A DNA stretch of 63,110 nucleotides, filler included, from Octopus bimaculoides (GCF_001194135.2; 6 parts of 5 records of this genome joined end to end with filler, not necessarily neighbours in it), one strand, 5' to 3'. Shown: positions 24,720 to 37,430, numbered from the whole stretch's first letter. Numbers and translations: made by a program. The notes: generated from the sequence alone by a model not told the origin.

Positions 24720-24952
24720 GAAAGAAGACTGTCGTATATATGTGTATATTTGTATCTTGTGTTTCTACCCCCACCATTGCTTGACAACTGATATTGCTGT
24801 GTTTACATTCCTGTAACTTAGCAGTTTGGTAAAAGACACTGACACAATGAGTACTATGCTTACAAAGAATAAATCCTGTGGTTGATTTCTTCGACCAACG
24901 GCGGTGCTCCACCATGGCCACAGTCACATAACTGAAACAAGTAAAGCAATAA
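24720..24952 (+). mobile_element. SINE family D, 3' half
   Basis: aaagaagactgtcgtata...gcttgacaac...gtaacttagc...ggcggtgctcca...actgaaacaagtaaa. Confidence 0.8.
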
Positions 24953-25010
24953 AAATCTATGCCATTTTAATCCCAAGCAAGGCCGGGTATCTCTTCTGGT
25001 ATATATATAT

Positions 25011-25910
25011 AAACGACAGGAAATATGAAGGCAAACCAGAGTATGCGAACAATGAGAGAAGCAAATGGAAAACAAGACAAGTAACATAAAGAACGACCCT
25101 TCATCAGTTGCCAGCTGTTTATCTACTCCACATTTTGAGCAATTCACAACAATATGTGGCTTTGAAAAAGAGTTGCTCCCGTGAACCAAAATAAAATTTG
25201 GGATTTGCAGAGGGTCAAAGTTGGTAACAAAAACAAGACGGTGGAGACATACAACAAACGATGGTCACATGTGAGCAATGAGAGAGAGTAAAGGAGGAAA
25301 AGGGAGAGAGAGAGAGAGAAAGAAAATGGTGAAGGGGAGAGAAAAAAGAATTAGAGAAAGGATGAGAGAGAAAAAACGAAAGGAGAAGAAGGGGAGAAAA
25401 AAGAATTAGAGAAATTCTTTTTTTCTCCCTTTCACCATTTTCTACCCGTCTGTCTGTCTCTCTCTCTCTCCCTCTTCTTTACTCTCTCTCATTGCTCAAA
25501 CGTGACCATCATCCATCTTTCTTTTTCTTCAGTCTGTCGCACAGACCAGATGCATTTTTATCTGTCTCCTCTCCTATCTTTTCTCTTATCAAAGAATATT
25601 CCTCCAGTGTTCGCTACCTTATCTCGTCTGGCCTAATGGCCCTACCTGTTTGTTTTCGCTTGGTTTGTTGTATGTCTCCACTGTCCTGTTTTGTTACCAA
25701 CTTTGACCCTCCACAAATCTCAAATTTTATTTTGGTTTACGGGAGCAACTCTTTTTCAAAGCCGCATATTGTCTTGAATTGCTCAAAATGTGGAGTAGAT
25801 AAACAGCCGATAACTGATGAAAGATCATTCTTCATGTTACTTGTTCTGTTTTCCATTTGCTTCTCTTGTTGTTCGCATACCCTGGTTTGCCTTCGTATTT
25901 CCTGTTGTTT
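25011..25910. repeat. About 900-bp fold-back (arms 25011-25352 and 25412-25910)
   Basis: 25011-25260 is the reverse complement of 25663-25910, and 25258-25352 is the reverse complement of 25412-25512. Confidence 0.9.
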
Positions 25911-26112
25911 TCTAATTTTGTAATCCATGCCGTTTTCATATTTCATATTATGTGAGGTCCTATACCCATATATGCATATATATATATCTATATATCCATA
26001 TATATGTAAGTATGTACATATATGTATGTATATATGCATATATATATATCTATATATCCATATATATGNNNNNNNNNNNNNNNNNNNNNNNNNNNNNNNN
26101 NNNNNNNNNNNN

Positions 26113-26124
26113 TTAATTAATTAA
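26113..26124. other. Assembly gap linker TTAATTAATTAA (also 45515, 57154, 58791, 60978)
   Basis: Identical 12-mer in the middle of 100-bp gaps (44 N + 12 + 44 N where counted). Confidence 0.9.
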
Positions 26125-26168
26125 NNNNNNNNNNNNNNNNNNNNNNNNNNNNNNNNNNNNNNNNNNNN

Positions 26169-26228
<60 letters not shown>

Positions 26229-26237
26229 GTGTGTGTG
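26169..26237 (+). repeat. (GT)n microsatellite
   Basis: Direct reading. Confidence 0.97.
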
Positions 26238-26634
26238 TTCTGTTGAAATGAAAAAAGTACATTTTTTTCAGAATATTTTGTACAATAATTTTTTAAGAAA
26301 TCTGTACATCTTTCTTACTACTAATCATTCAACTTCAAATTACAATTGTTAATTGATGGAAGTCAAGTAAACTGAGATGTACATCGTATAGAGTGGAAGT
26401 TCAATATGAAGTTTTCAACTCATTATCTTACGGTTAGTAATCCAGCCATTAAGTCTTTGAACATTATTCTACTGGGTTTAGTCTTTCCACTGTAGCAATA
26501 ATGGGATATCACCTTCAAATATTTAATTGATCATACTGACCTCAATATGTATTTCAATCTGGCATTTATTTTATAGATTTCTGCTTCATGAATTTTGAGA
26601 CATAGTGGGACACACACGCACACACATATTAGAA

Positions 26635-26787
26635 GCAATAATGACTGTGTAGTTGAGAAGCTTGCTTCTCAACCACATGGCTCCACGTTCAGTCCCTCTG
26701 TATAGTACCTTGGGAAAATGTTTTCTACTATAGCCGTAGGCCAACCACAGGCTTGTGACTGAATTTGGTAGACGGGAACTGCGGGGT
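26635..26787 (+). mobile_element. SINE family D, 5' part
   Basis: aaccacatgg...gttcagtccc...accttggg...tctactatagcc...tttggtagacggg. Confidence 0.75.
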
Positions 26788-26913
26788 TGTTCATCAGAAA
26801 ATGATCGAAACACATGTTTATAAAAATGAGTTGTTTGCTTCATATTCCTCGTGTACCGATTCTGCCAATAAGAAAGGGACAAAGAATATACAATGTGGCT
26901 GTGGTCATAACAG

Positions 26914-26940
26914 CCGGGCAACGCCGGAATGCATTGCTAG
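26914..26940 (+). mobile_element. Helitron-like 3' terminus
   Basis: Hairpin ccgg-gcaacg-ccgg, then 9 nt, then CTAG|T. Confidence 0.6.
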
Positions 26941-27827
26941 TATACTATACACACACATGCACGCGCACACACACGCACGCACACAAACACACACACACGT
27001 ATGTATTTCAAAGATTAAAAAACAATAAAAACAGAGGCAGTAGGCTGATGAGTCCAAATTTGTTTCGCCGTTATTTGACCTCATCAGAGGAGCATAGTCT
27101 AACCTGTACTGGGATGGATTGAGAATGTGAGACTTAAATACTTATGGCTANNNNNNNNNNNNNNNNNNNNNNNNNNNNNNNNNNNNNNNNNNNNNNNNNN
27201 NNNNNNNNNNNNNNNNNNNNNNNNNNNNNNNNNNNNNNNNNNNNNNNNNNNNNNNNNNNNNNNNNNNNNNNNNNNNNNNNNNNNNNNNNNNNNNNNNNNN
27301 NNNNNNNNNNNNNNNNNNNNNNNNNNNNNNNNNNNNNNNNNNNNNNNNNNNNNNNNNNNNNNNNNNNNNNNNNNNNNNNNNNNNNNNNNNNNNNNNNNNN
27401 NNNNNNNNNNNNNNNNNNNNNNNNNNNNNNNNNNNNNNNNNNNNNNNNNNNNNNNNNNNNNNNNNNNNNNNNNNNNNNNNNNNNNNNNNNNNNNNNNNNN
27501 NNNNNNNNNNNNNNNNNNNNNNNNNNNNNNNNNNNNNNNNNNNNNNNNNNNNNNNNNNNNNNNNNNNNNNNNNNNNNNNNNNNNNNNNNNNNNNNNNNNN
27601 NNNNNNNNNNNNNNNNNNNNNNNNNNNNNNNNNNNNNNNNNNNNNNNNNNNNNNNNNNNNNNNNNNNNNNNNNNNNNNNNNNNNNNNNNNNNNNNNNNNN
27701 NNNNNNNNNNNNNNNNNNNNNNNNNNNNNNNNNNNNNNNNNNNNNNNNNNNNNNNNNNNNNNNNNNNNNNNNNNNNNNNNNNNNNNNNNNNNNNNNNNNN
27801 NNNNNNNNNNNNNNNNNNNNNNNNNNN

Positions 27828-27866
<39 letters not shown>

Positions 27867-28414
27867 TGCACGCGCACACACACGCACGCACACAAACACA
27901 CACACACGTATGTATTTCAAAGATTAAAAAACAATAAAAACAGAGGCAGTAGGCTGATGAGTCCAAATTTGTTTCGCCGTTATTTGACCTCATCAGAGGA
28001 GCATAGTCTAACCTGTACTGGGATGGATTGAGAATGTGAGACTTAAATACTTATGGCTATAGAACACAGCACAGGACATTAACAGAACGTGAAATGTCGT
28101 TGATATACTTTCTCCTTTGGTTAACTCTGATCCATCACATTTATGAGTTTTCAGAGAGTCTCAAGGACTACATTATCTGATGTATCTTTCTTCATTCTAG
28201 ACAGTCGAGGTGTTTTGAGAGAGATATGACTGCTGCTTTTAGCAGATTGAATGATCACATAGATCCTCCCTCCCTGGTTCGGATCTCTTGCTGCTTCGAA
28301 CCGTTGATCTCTCAATTCGGAATCTATCGAATTTTGTTGTTCGCCACCACGACTCTGATACATTCAGCTGACGCAATAAAATGAAAGACACGAAGAAAGG
28401 AGAATCAAGAAACC

Positions 28415-28749
28415 GGAGCGGCTGTGTGGTAAGTAGCTTGCTTACCAACCACATGGTTCCGGGTTCAGTCCCACTGCGTGGCACCTTGGGCAAGTGTCTT
28501 CTACTATAGCCTCGGGCCGACCAAAGCCTTGTGAGTGGATTTGGTAGACGGAAACTGAAAGAAGCCTGTCGTATATATGTGTATATATGTATGTGTGTGT
28601 ATATGTTTGCGTGTCTGTGTTTGTCCCCCCAACATCGCTTGACAACCGATTCTGGTGTGTTTACGTCCCCGTAACTTAGCGGTTCGGCAAAAGAGACGAT
28701 AGAATAAGTACTAGGCTTACAAAGAATAAGTCCTGGGGTCGATTTGCTC
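28415..28749 (+). mobile_element. SINE family D, near complete, cut by a gap
   Basis: ggctgtgtggtaagtagc (A-box), ccgggttcagtccc (B-box), caccttgggcaagtgtctt, internal TA/TG tract, gtaacttagcggttcggc. Confidence 0.92.
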
Positions 28750-29380
28750 NNNNNNNNNNNNNNNNNNNNNNNNNNNNNNNNNNNNNNNNNNNNNNNNNNN
28801 NNNNNNNNNNNNNNNNNNNNNNNNNNNNNNNNNNNNNNNNNNNNNNNNNNNNNNNNNNNNNNNNNNNNNNNNNNNNNNNNNNNNNNNNNNNNNNNNNNNN
28901 NNNNNNNNNNNNNNNNNNNNNNNNNNNNNNNNNNNNNNNNNNNNNNNNNNNNNNNNNNNNNNNNNNNNNNNNNNNNNNNNNNNNNNNNNNNNNNNNNNNN
29001 NNNNNNNNNNNNNNNNNNNNNNNNNNNNNNNNNNNNNNNNNNNNNNNNNNNNNNNNNNNNNNNNNNNNNNNNNNNNNNNNNNNNNNNNNNNNNNNNNNNN
29101 NNNNNNNNNNNNNNNNNNNNNNNNNNNNNNNNNNNNNNNNNNNNNNNNNNNNNNNNNNNNNNNNNNNNNNNNNNNNNNNNNNNNNNNNNNNNNNNNNNNN
29201 NNNNNNNNNNNNNNNNNNNNNNNNNNNNNNNNNNNNNNNNNNNNNNNNNNNNNNNNNNNNNNNNNNNNNNNNNNNNNNNNNNNNNNNNNNNNNNNNNNNN
29301 NNNNNNNNNNNNNNNNNNNNNNNNNNNNNNNNNNNNNNNNNNNNNNNNNNNNNNNNNNNNNNNNNNNNNNNNNNNNNNNN

Positions 29381-29525
29381 TTTCTTTTAGTTTTCACCTT
29401 CCAGTTTCACCCACAAAATTTTGGTCAGCCCGGGGCTATAATGCAAGACTCTTGTCCAAGATTCCACGCACAAGACTTGAACCCGAAACCATGTGGTTGG
29501 GAAGCAACCTTCTTACCACGCAATC
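29381..29525 (-). mobile_element. SINE family D, 5' part
   Basis: Reverse complement matches the head of 28415-28570. Confidence 0.75.
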
Positions 29526-30344
29526 TGAATCTTTCTTTATGATGTGGAGGCCAACAAGAGCAGCAACAACGTTATGAAAACCCACGGAACTCTGAGCTAG
29601 ATATAGTCAGAAAAACGAGAAGAATGTATTTGATAATGTAGTGCTTGCAAGCCTGTTGGTAGAGTCTCAAATATGTAATATCATAGTGAGTTAAAAATAA
29701 AACTTCCATTAGCAGCAACAACCACAAAGACGAACTCAATAACCTTCTCAACGAAAAACAAAATACAATCAGGATAATACCATTAGTAATCACCGTTACT
29801 ATCATGAATGACACTACAAGAACTACAAGAACGCCAACAACATCAACTGCAGAACGATAGAAACAACAACACCGTCATTAGCAAAAGTAACAGCAGCAAC
29901 AGAAAGAACAACACTGTCAACGACAAAAAGACAAGCAGATGGCATTGAAGACAACTAAGATAGCTACGAGACAAATTAGGTTTAATTAGTAAATTTATAG
30001 TGCACTGTACATTACACAGTGTTTTAGGGTAATTTCAACTGTAGACTGTAACTTTCTTAAATACATGTTAAACACATACGTACATATATACACATAGATA
30101 TATATGCATGCATACACACACAGACTGACAGACAAACATACATACACATACTTATACCATGCAATGAGACTCCAGACTTTTGAGTCACCCACGTCGCTTT
30201 AACAGATAAATAAATAAATAAATAAATAAATTGTACTTGATGTACTGAGCTCTATTTCTTCTATTTGTATTACCAAGTCTTGTGAAGATGCGTGGCCTAA
30301 CGGCTAAGATTATTAAGTTCAAGATCATGAAGTCGTGAGTTCAA

Positions 30345-31050
30345 TTCCTGTATAGATGTTCCGGGATTCTACAGTTACAGGATCTTTCGGTGTGAAGGCG
30401 GGTATTCCTAATGTTGATGTTGATAGTCATATGGTGAGTGAAAATCATCGATCCTATATTTGGGAGACAACTATAGCTAACTTTGGCTGTATTTCTATTG
30501 AAGATCTTGTAGTATTTATGTCAATGTGGGAAGTGGATATCTATGAGTTTCAAAAACTCCCTAGCTATATTCGTAAGCACATTCACACTGTATGGAGGAT
30601 TATGCAATAATATTTTCCACTGTCTACGTCTTTTTAACTTATCTGTTTGATTCAATATAGGTTATATTATTTTTTAAACTGGACCTTTCTAAAGCAGTGT
30701 TGTAATATGGAGCGGCCTTCTTAAAAGTGGTTTCATCAGCGGATAGGTCGGAAATACGCCGACTAATACTGTTAACTAATTGTTTGATTATTGACAGTGG
30801 GCTGTTAGAGCCTCTGTCAATGTAGGAGGTGTCCTCATCTGGTTTATGGTAGGGTTTAATTTTGTCTATACTAAGATTCGTATTAATATTTAGGAAATTA
30901 ACTTCTTAGCGGTTAATTGTAGTTTTAGGGTTAAATTGACTAAATATCTTGCATAATTTTTTTCCTTATCTTATCCATACCATGTATTTTTTTCCTATGT
31001 ACTACTCCTAGACCGTCGTCCCTATATAATCTTATGTTGGAGTCTTTTAT
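30345..31050 (-). mobile_element. Penelope-like retroelement RT fragment
   Basis: LYRDDGLGV, EVNFLNI, KPYHKPD, SNSPLSIIKQL, ISRRISDLS, FKKAAPYYNTALERS, HNPPYSVNVLTNIAREFLKLIDIHFP, KIFNRNTAKVSYSCLPNI, CNCR. Confidence 0.9.
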
Positions 31051-31119
31051 TTCGTTTTTGAGAATGTACTATATATANNNNNNNNNNNNNNNNNNNNNNN
31101 NNNNNNTATATATATAATG

Positions 31120-32250
31120 TAATCAGAAAACTCAGTCTTACAAATACAAGGTTGTTCCGAAGAAAGTAAAATATAACATTGGGTTCAAAAAGAACTGGAT
31201 CAGGTGAAAAATTCAGAGCTGGTATCTGAACTGATACGGCTTTACCTAATATTCAATAAATTCGTATCTTTGATTGTGTCTACAATCTATCAAAATCGTA
31301 CTCATAGTGAAGAAGATAGCGAAAGCAAAAAATGCAGAATCAGAGTTGCATTTATGAGAAAACTATTAGTGATCAAAGGTCGTAGGTAGACAATTTCAGT
31401 TACCTATAAAGATAGTAAGAACACTTGGATGTCTGGAGAGATATTTACCACATGGCTGAACGAATTCCACAAAGAGATGACTCAGAAAAGTAGAAAAGTT
31501 GTATGGCATGTTGATAATTGTACTATATACACAACAGTTACAAACTATTAACAAATTAATTTGCTTTATGTTTCTTCCATCAAACAGAATATCGGTTGCA
31601 ACCAAAGCATTATCAAGGATTTGGAATCATTTTATTGAGGTCTTTTTTCAGAAAACTGATTCATCGCTAAAGGTCATCCAGTAAATAGCCTTGCTAAGAA
31701 AATCTCATGACAGGATGTTACTCCAATTTGTAGCCGCAAAATTTGAGTAACTGTCTAAATGTTTTCATTATCAGTAATTATTCCCGAAAGGCTGGTTTAC
31801 AACTGTGGCTTCTCCCTCTGCTGAAGAAGGCGTGTGGCCTCTCTTGCAGTGGTAACAGAAAATACCTGGAACTACCTTAAGTCTTTTATTAATTATTGAG
31901 CTGAAAAAAAAATTCATTCCGTTTTTATCATGCCCAATGAAATTTTTTAAATGTAATGCTTATAGATATATTTAATTATAAATTATTCTTCCAGTATTGT
32001 CTATAACATCATTCCATTTTATAATGAGTTTATTAATGCCTCGTGCGAATTGGTTTCCACGTTCTAAAATTGTGATACAAGATCATAAGTTTGTAAAGAC
32101 AGCAATGATGATGATGAAGAAAGATACAATGCTACTTGTCAGAACAACAGTCATTAAACTCTCTCTATCAACAGTGACAAGCTTATTCGAAGAGAATAAC
32201 AGAATATTTTGACAATTTTTGTGCCATTAAAGATTTATACGAATCGTATA
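31120..32250 (+). mobile_element. pogo/Tigger-like DDE transposase remnant
   Basis: KLLVIKG, YKDSKNTWMSGEIFTTWLNEFHKEMTQKSRKVVWHVDNCT, NQSIIKDLESFY; heavily disrupted. Confidence 0.75.
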
Positions 32251-33416
32251 CAGTTGCAGTCAAAGATCACAGAATTTATCAACAAGACATCATTGTGATA
32301 TTTGAAATTTCATACCCCAGAACAAGAAATAACTAATTTATCAGTTTCTTGCTAAAGAAAATTGTTGTAGACCGATTAAATGTATGAACTGTGAAAATTT
32401 TGTAATACGTTTTCAAACCGACATTTCTTTTGTTGTGGTTATGACTATAAAGACCCTGGGGCCCTGGTTTCAGGGTTTGAGGAGTATGGAACCATCTCTT
32501 AGCCACTTTTGTTCCCAGGTCTACTCTGGCCCGGAGTGGTAGCGTCTGTAAAGGTCCCAGCTATGAGTTAACTAACAAACCCCACTGCGACTGGTGAGGG
32601 GGAGGCGGTAGAATACAGTCACCGTATTCCCTGCGTGACGTGAGAGGCGACTAAAAGGGTGGGAGCGAAGGGACTGGGAATCCATTCCTCCTAGTAATTT
32701 CATATTCCTAAAAAGACAATATTTCCTTACATATTTTAAAAATAAAACAACACAAAATGTGTTATAAAACATTCTTTTTTATGTCATAAATCATTCATGA
32801 GCAACAGTTACAATACTTGTGCTGACAATATACTGAAAGTTTAGAACTTGCCTTCTACACGAATTCGGTTAATCGCATACTTCAGCTAACTGCAAAAGAA
32901 TTTCAGTTTCAATGTATATGCAATTAAGTGGAATCGTCTATATTTTCTACTGCTTCCAACCGACAATTCCAGAGAACTGATAAAGGATTAAACAACAATG
33001 AGAACAATGAAAAAAATACATTTCTGTTTGCTCTCCGGAAATAGAGGCCCTGTAAAGAATCAGGGTGCGGTAATGAAAACTATTAGAATCGGCTGAGGAA
33101 TTTAGGAATTTAGACTTAATGTTTAATTACAAAACATTAATAGAAAAAAATTATTTATAACTACAAACGTTTATTTATTCAATTCAAAGTATAGTTTAAC
33201 AAACCTTGCTTCTGTATTCAGTTCAAAGGATACCAAAATAGAGATATGGCTATATAAATTGATCCAAGCATCATTTATGTCGAATTGACGCCACAGGAAT
33301 ACATTCTAGTGACGTCACACAATTTTAAAAGATTGTTTTACAGTATTTGCAAGCGATTTTGATAATATTGTTATGAACACCAGATCAATAAAATTCACAG
33401 AATGATTGCCCTAACA

Positions 33417-33452
<36 letters not shown>

Positions 33453-33629
33453 CAACGTTAGGGTTAATCATTTTTCGGAATTTTATTGATGCATTAACTG
33501 TATGTCTGGTATGTCTGTGTGTGTACATGTATGCATGTATATGGTATATGTCTATACACACACACATAGCATTTCCTAAAACCAATAATGGTTACGGAAT
33601 TGTAAATATTTGGCAAATGACTTTAAATA

Positions 33630-33800
33630 ATGGTTTCAAATTTTGGCACAAGGCCAGCAATTTCGGGGGAAGGAGTAAGTCGAAGGGGATGAAAGGCAAA
33701 GACAGCTTCGGCGGAATTTGAACTCAGAAGGTAAAGACGGATGAAATGCCGCTAAGAATTTTGCCTGGTGCGGTAACGATTCTACCAGCTCACTGCCCTC
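33630..33800 (-). mobile_element. SINE family A with internal deletion
   Basis: ggtttcaaattttggcacaagg...gatgaaaggcaaag...ggcggaatttgaactcagaa...gattctaccagctc. Confidence 0.85.
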
Positions 33801-34017
33801 AAGTGGCTTCAAATAATATGCGTTTGTTATAGTTTCAATACTAACAGTTTCATTTCCTACGATTCTTCTATTACCATCCCTCTGTTTCTTCTCAAGGATC
33901 CCTATGTTACATGAATATCCATATTTTATGACATGCTCAATGGAGGAAGAATTGGAGGATCGTAAAGGGGAAAAGGAGGGAGAAATCACACATATACACA
34001 CACACAAACACACACGA

Positions 34018-34050
<33 letters not shown>

Positions 34051-34781
34051 CACATACACTAAAAACAAACACACACATGACAATCAGTGTAACATAGTGT
34101 GACAAAACTGGTCCTTTCAGTTACAAATCCAGTGCATCTGACTGCCTTCCACACTTTCTGTCTAACCAAAGTCATAGGTGGACCCCAAACTATAATAAAA
34201 AATGTGGGCCTTAGATTTCACGCAGTTAAGTCGTATTTGGGAAGTCATTATTTTCTTGCCTATTCCACTTGCTGCTATAGAAAGCAACAGATTAACATAT
34301 CGAGTATGTTTGTCCAAATCACGGTGACTTGATCTAAGTACATGCAATAGAATGGACTCCGCTAGACGTTCTGGTGCAAAGGCCAGGTGGCGTTATTAAA
34401 CCAGGTGATGAATTAAGCCTTATACTATCCATTCAATCCACTTTATGAGATCAAATATCGAATAAGCTTATTGTTGACGATTGCATGTAGAAAAGATATC
34501 AAAGACATCTGAATTTGAATCTAATCACGGAGGATTTGCTGGCTGGGCTGAACAGGACTAGACAAGACTAAACAGGACTCGACATAACTGATGTGTGCTG
34601 CACTGGGTTGAACTGGGCTGGACTGGGTTGGTACGAGCTGTAGTGCATTAGCAAGACATGGTAAACTTTTATTTTACAGCAGAGCAGACAAGTGATCGAT
34701 GAAGTATGAATGTGGTTTGGAGGCATTGCTGGAGTGATAGTGTTTTAGTACAGTGATGGCTGTAGTGGTTTAAGGCAGGCT

Positions 34782-34784
<3 letters not shown>

Positions 34785-34851
<67 letters not shown>
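34785..34851 (+). repeat. (TAG)n microsatellite
   Basis: Direct reading. Confidence 0.97.
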
Positions 34852-35059
34852 ATAAATGAGTAAAGGGATCTCTGTCGGTTTCTACGCTGTGATACGCCAG
34901 TTGTTCGTTCAATCAACCGAACTTCCCGCTCATCGTATTAACATATAGTTGATTAAATATTCCACAGACATGCATACCCTTAACTTAATTCTCGATGGCG
35001 GGAGGAGATTCATTGTGACGCCATAATCGGCAAAGCTGGCCCATTTGATTACAAGTACA

Positions 35060-35225
35060 CTCAATCCGACTGGTCTCCACGCAATTTCTGTCGATCCAAT
35101 TTCACTCATAAAGGCTGAGGTCGACCTTGGCTCTGGTAAAAGAAATTTGCCCAAAATGTCACATGGTGGGTCCGAACCCAGAACCTCTTTACTGCAAAGT
35201 GTTGCGACTTCTTAAGCGCTCAACT
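35060..35225 (-). mobile_element. SINE family D 5' part, diverged
   Basis: gtcgatccaatttcactc...tgcccaaaatgtcacatggtgggtccgaaccc. Confidence 0.6.
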
Positions 35226-35249
35226 ATGCATACCTCCTATAAAAGGAAT

Positions 35250-35368
35250 AAAGCAGCAGCAGCAGAAGCAGTAGCAGCAGCAGCAGCAGAAGCAGTAGCA
35301 GCAGCAGCAGCAGAAGCAGTAGCAGCAGCACCAGCAGCACCAGCAGCACCAGCAGCACCAGCAGCGGC

Positions 35369-35420
<52 letters not shown>

Positions 35421-35421
35421 A
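35250..35421 (+). repeat. (GCA)n/(GCACCA)n/(GTA)n compound trinucleotide repeat
   Basis: Direct reading. Confidence 0.95.
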
Positions 35422-36224
35422 TATGGTAGCGGTTGGAGCTGTGTAACGGTGTCCATATTGCTTTTCTTTTATTTCGTCGAGGGAGAAAGGATAAATCCTA
35501 TGACCTGAGTAGGCCCTCTATCTCTCCCTCCTTGACAGGTGAGATCGATGAGGTTAATGAATGTGGTTTATCGATAAAATTGGTCGATGCGTTTGATGTT
35601 CTGTTTGAACTTGCGTAGTTTGACGTCAATAAGTAAAAACAAAAACAAAAGAAACATGGGCAGAAGAGAAATATTGAATTTTTTTCTCCGTTTGAAGACT
35701 GGAGTGTGAGCATTGTACAATGTACTCAAACTTTCACGGTTCGCTCCATGCGATAAACCAAGGTATGTCAGAGTACATCTTTTGGTACTGCTCACAGGGC
35801 GAGCATTGGGGTAAGCATTGTCCAGGGCCAACCTTACAATCTGCATCCCTTTATCCCAGTTACAATTGTTTGCTGGACACTGGCAAGGGCAGTACAAAAT
35901 AAAACAAAAATTAGGCTGGCGCTATGCACTAGGAAAATCTATGTGATCGCCTAGGACTCGAAAATCTGGTGGAGGAAAGGGCACCAGAAAAAGAGAAAAA
36001 TTATGTAATAAATGTTTTTTTTTAACCTTAGTCTTAGTACCCATGCGTGCCAACGAAGAATTGTTGCAATTATGTGGACAATGTTTTAGCAGTCAGCAAT
36101 GGCTATGTGTATAGCGACTTTGTTCGCCAACAGGTGTTTTACGCATTCGATTTTACTTCACGTTATTTCTGTAAAATCACTTCCTTTCATGTTTGTCTTT
36201 TATATATGTGGACATGCATTACGA

Positions 36225-36365
36225 GGTAAGAAATTTGCATTCCAATCACATGGTTTCGGGTCCAGACGAACTGCGTGGCACTTTGGATAAATGTCTTCCA
36301 CTATAACCCCGGGCCGACCATAGCCTTGAGTGGATTTCGTAGATTGGAACTGAAAGCAAGCCCTG

Positions 36366-36368
<3 letters not shown>
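36225..36368 (+). mobile_element. SINE family D, 5' part
   Basis: caatcacatggtttcgggtcc...ctgcgtggcactttgg...gggccgacca...actgaaagcaagccc. Confidence 0.75.
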
Positions 36369-36405
<37 letters not shown>

Positions 36406-36715
36406 GTAAAATTATGTGACACGTATTCGGTAGCCATGATAAAACTCCGAGTTTATCTGGCCNNNNNNNNNNNNNNNNNNNNNNNNNNNNNNNNNNNNNN
36501 NNNNNNNNNNNNNNNNNNNNNNNNNNNNNNNNNNNNNNNNNNNNNNNNNNNNNNNNNNNNNNNNNNNNNNNNNNNNNNNNNNNNNNNNNNNNNNNNNNNN
36601 NNNNNNNNNNNNNNNNNNNNNNNNNNNNNNNNNNNNNNNNNNNNNNNNNNNNNNNNNNNNNNNNNNNNNNNNNNNNNNNNNNNNNNNNNNNNNNNNNNAT
36701 ATATATATATATAAT

Positions 36716-36895
36716 ACAAAATGGGACAAGAACGCAAAACATCCAGACAGTTAGGTGATACAAAAAAGGGACAATAAAACATCCAGATAGACGATACAAA
36801 CAAAACAAGGACGGGTCATTCGGAGTTTTCTTTTTTCAGTCGAGTTCCAGATTATCTTTGCAATTTCGCCTGATTATACTCGAGATTGCTCCAAT
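36716..36895 (-). repeat. Copy of the 7321-7466 repeat family
   Basis: Reverse complement aligns with 7321-7466. Confidence 0.6.
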
Positions 36896-37264
36896 ATATA
36901 TATAGTAAAAGAATAAAAGTGTGTGTGTGTGCACGCGCGCGCATGTATATATACGTATGGGTCAGATGGGTGCTGCTGGAGGTACAAAAACTCCCGTTAA
37001 ATGGTATATACGCCCATTACCCATTTTTTCAACTTTGATCTCATTGTTTTTTTTTACATCTGACGTCTCGGATACGAAACGTCGAAGCAAAACCAGTGCT
37101 GGCTATAATTTCTATAGAATGTCTGTAGAGATGACCTTAACACACGATTTAAGTGCACTACTAACACAGTAGTACATAGTATTGACTAATAAAAAAAACT
37201 TTTAATATACTTTGTAGCATATTATCGTTGCATAACGAAATACCGTGTTCCTACAAGTTAATAC

Positions 37265-37430
37265 ACGTATGTGTGTGTGTCTTTGTGTTTGTATCTGTCC
37301 CCACACCGCTTGATAAACGGTGTTAGTTTGTTTACATCGCCGTACTGGTATCGACTTGTTCGACTAAAATCTTTCAAGGCGATGCTGCAGCATGGCCGCA
37401 ATCCAGTGATTGGAACAAGTAAAAAGTAAA
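37265..37430 (+). mobile_element. SINE family D, 3' part
   Basis: ccacaccgcttgataaac...gcagcatggccgca...ggaacaagtaaaa. Confidence 0.7.

Noticed and set aside
28151-28363. 70-aa minus-strand ORF in non-repetitive sequence as a host exon
   Set aside because: No recognisable family or clear splice signals.
31820-31845. CTGAAGA-AGGC-gtgtg-GCCT as a hammerhead half
   Set aside because: No GAAA follows stem II.
35568-35897. 109-aa Cys-containing ORF
   Set aside because: No recognisable motif in any frame.
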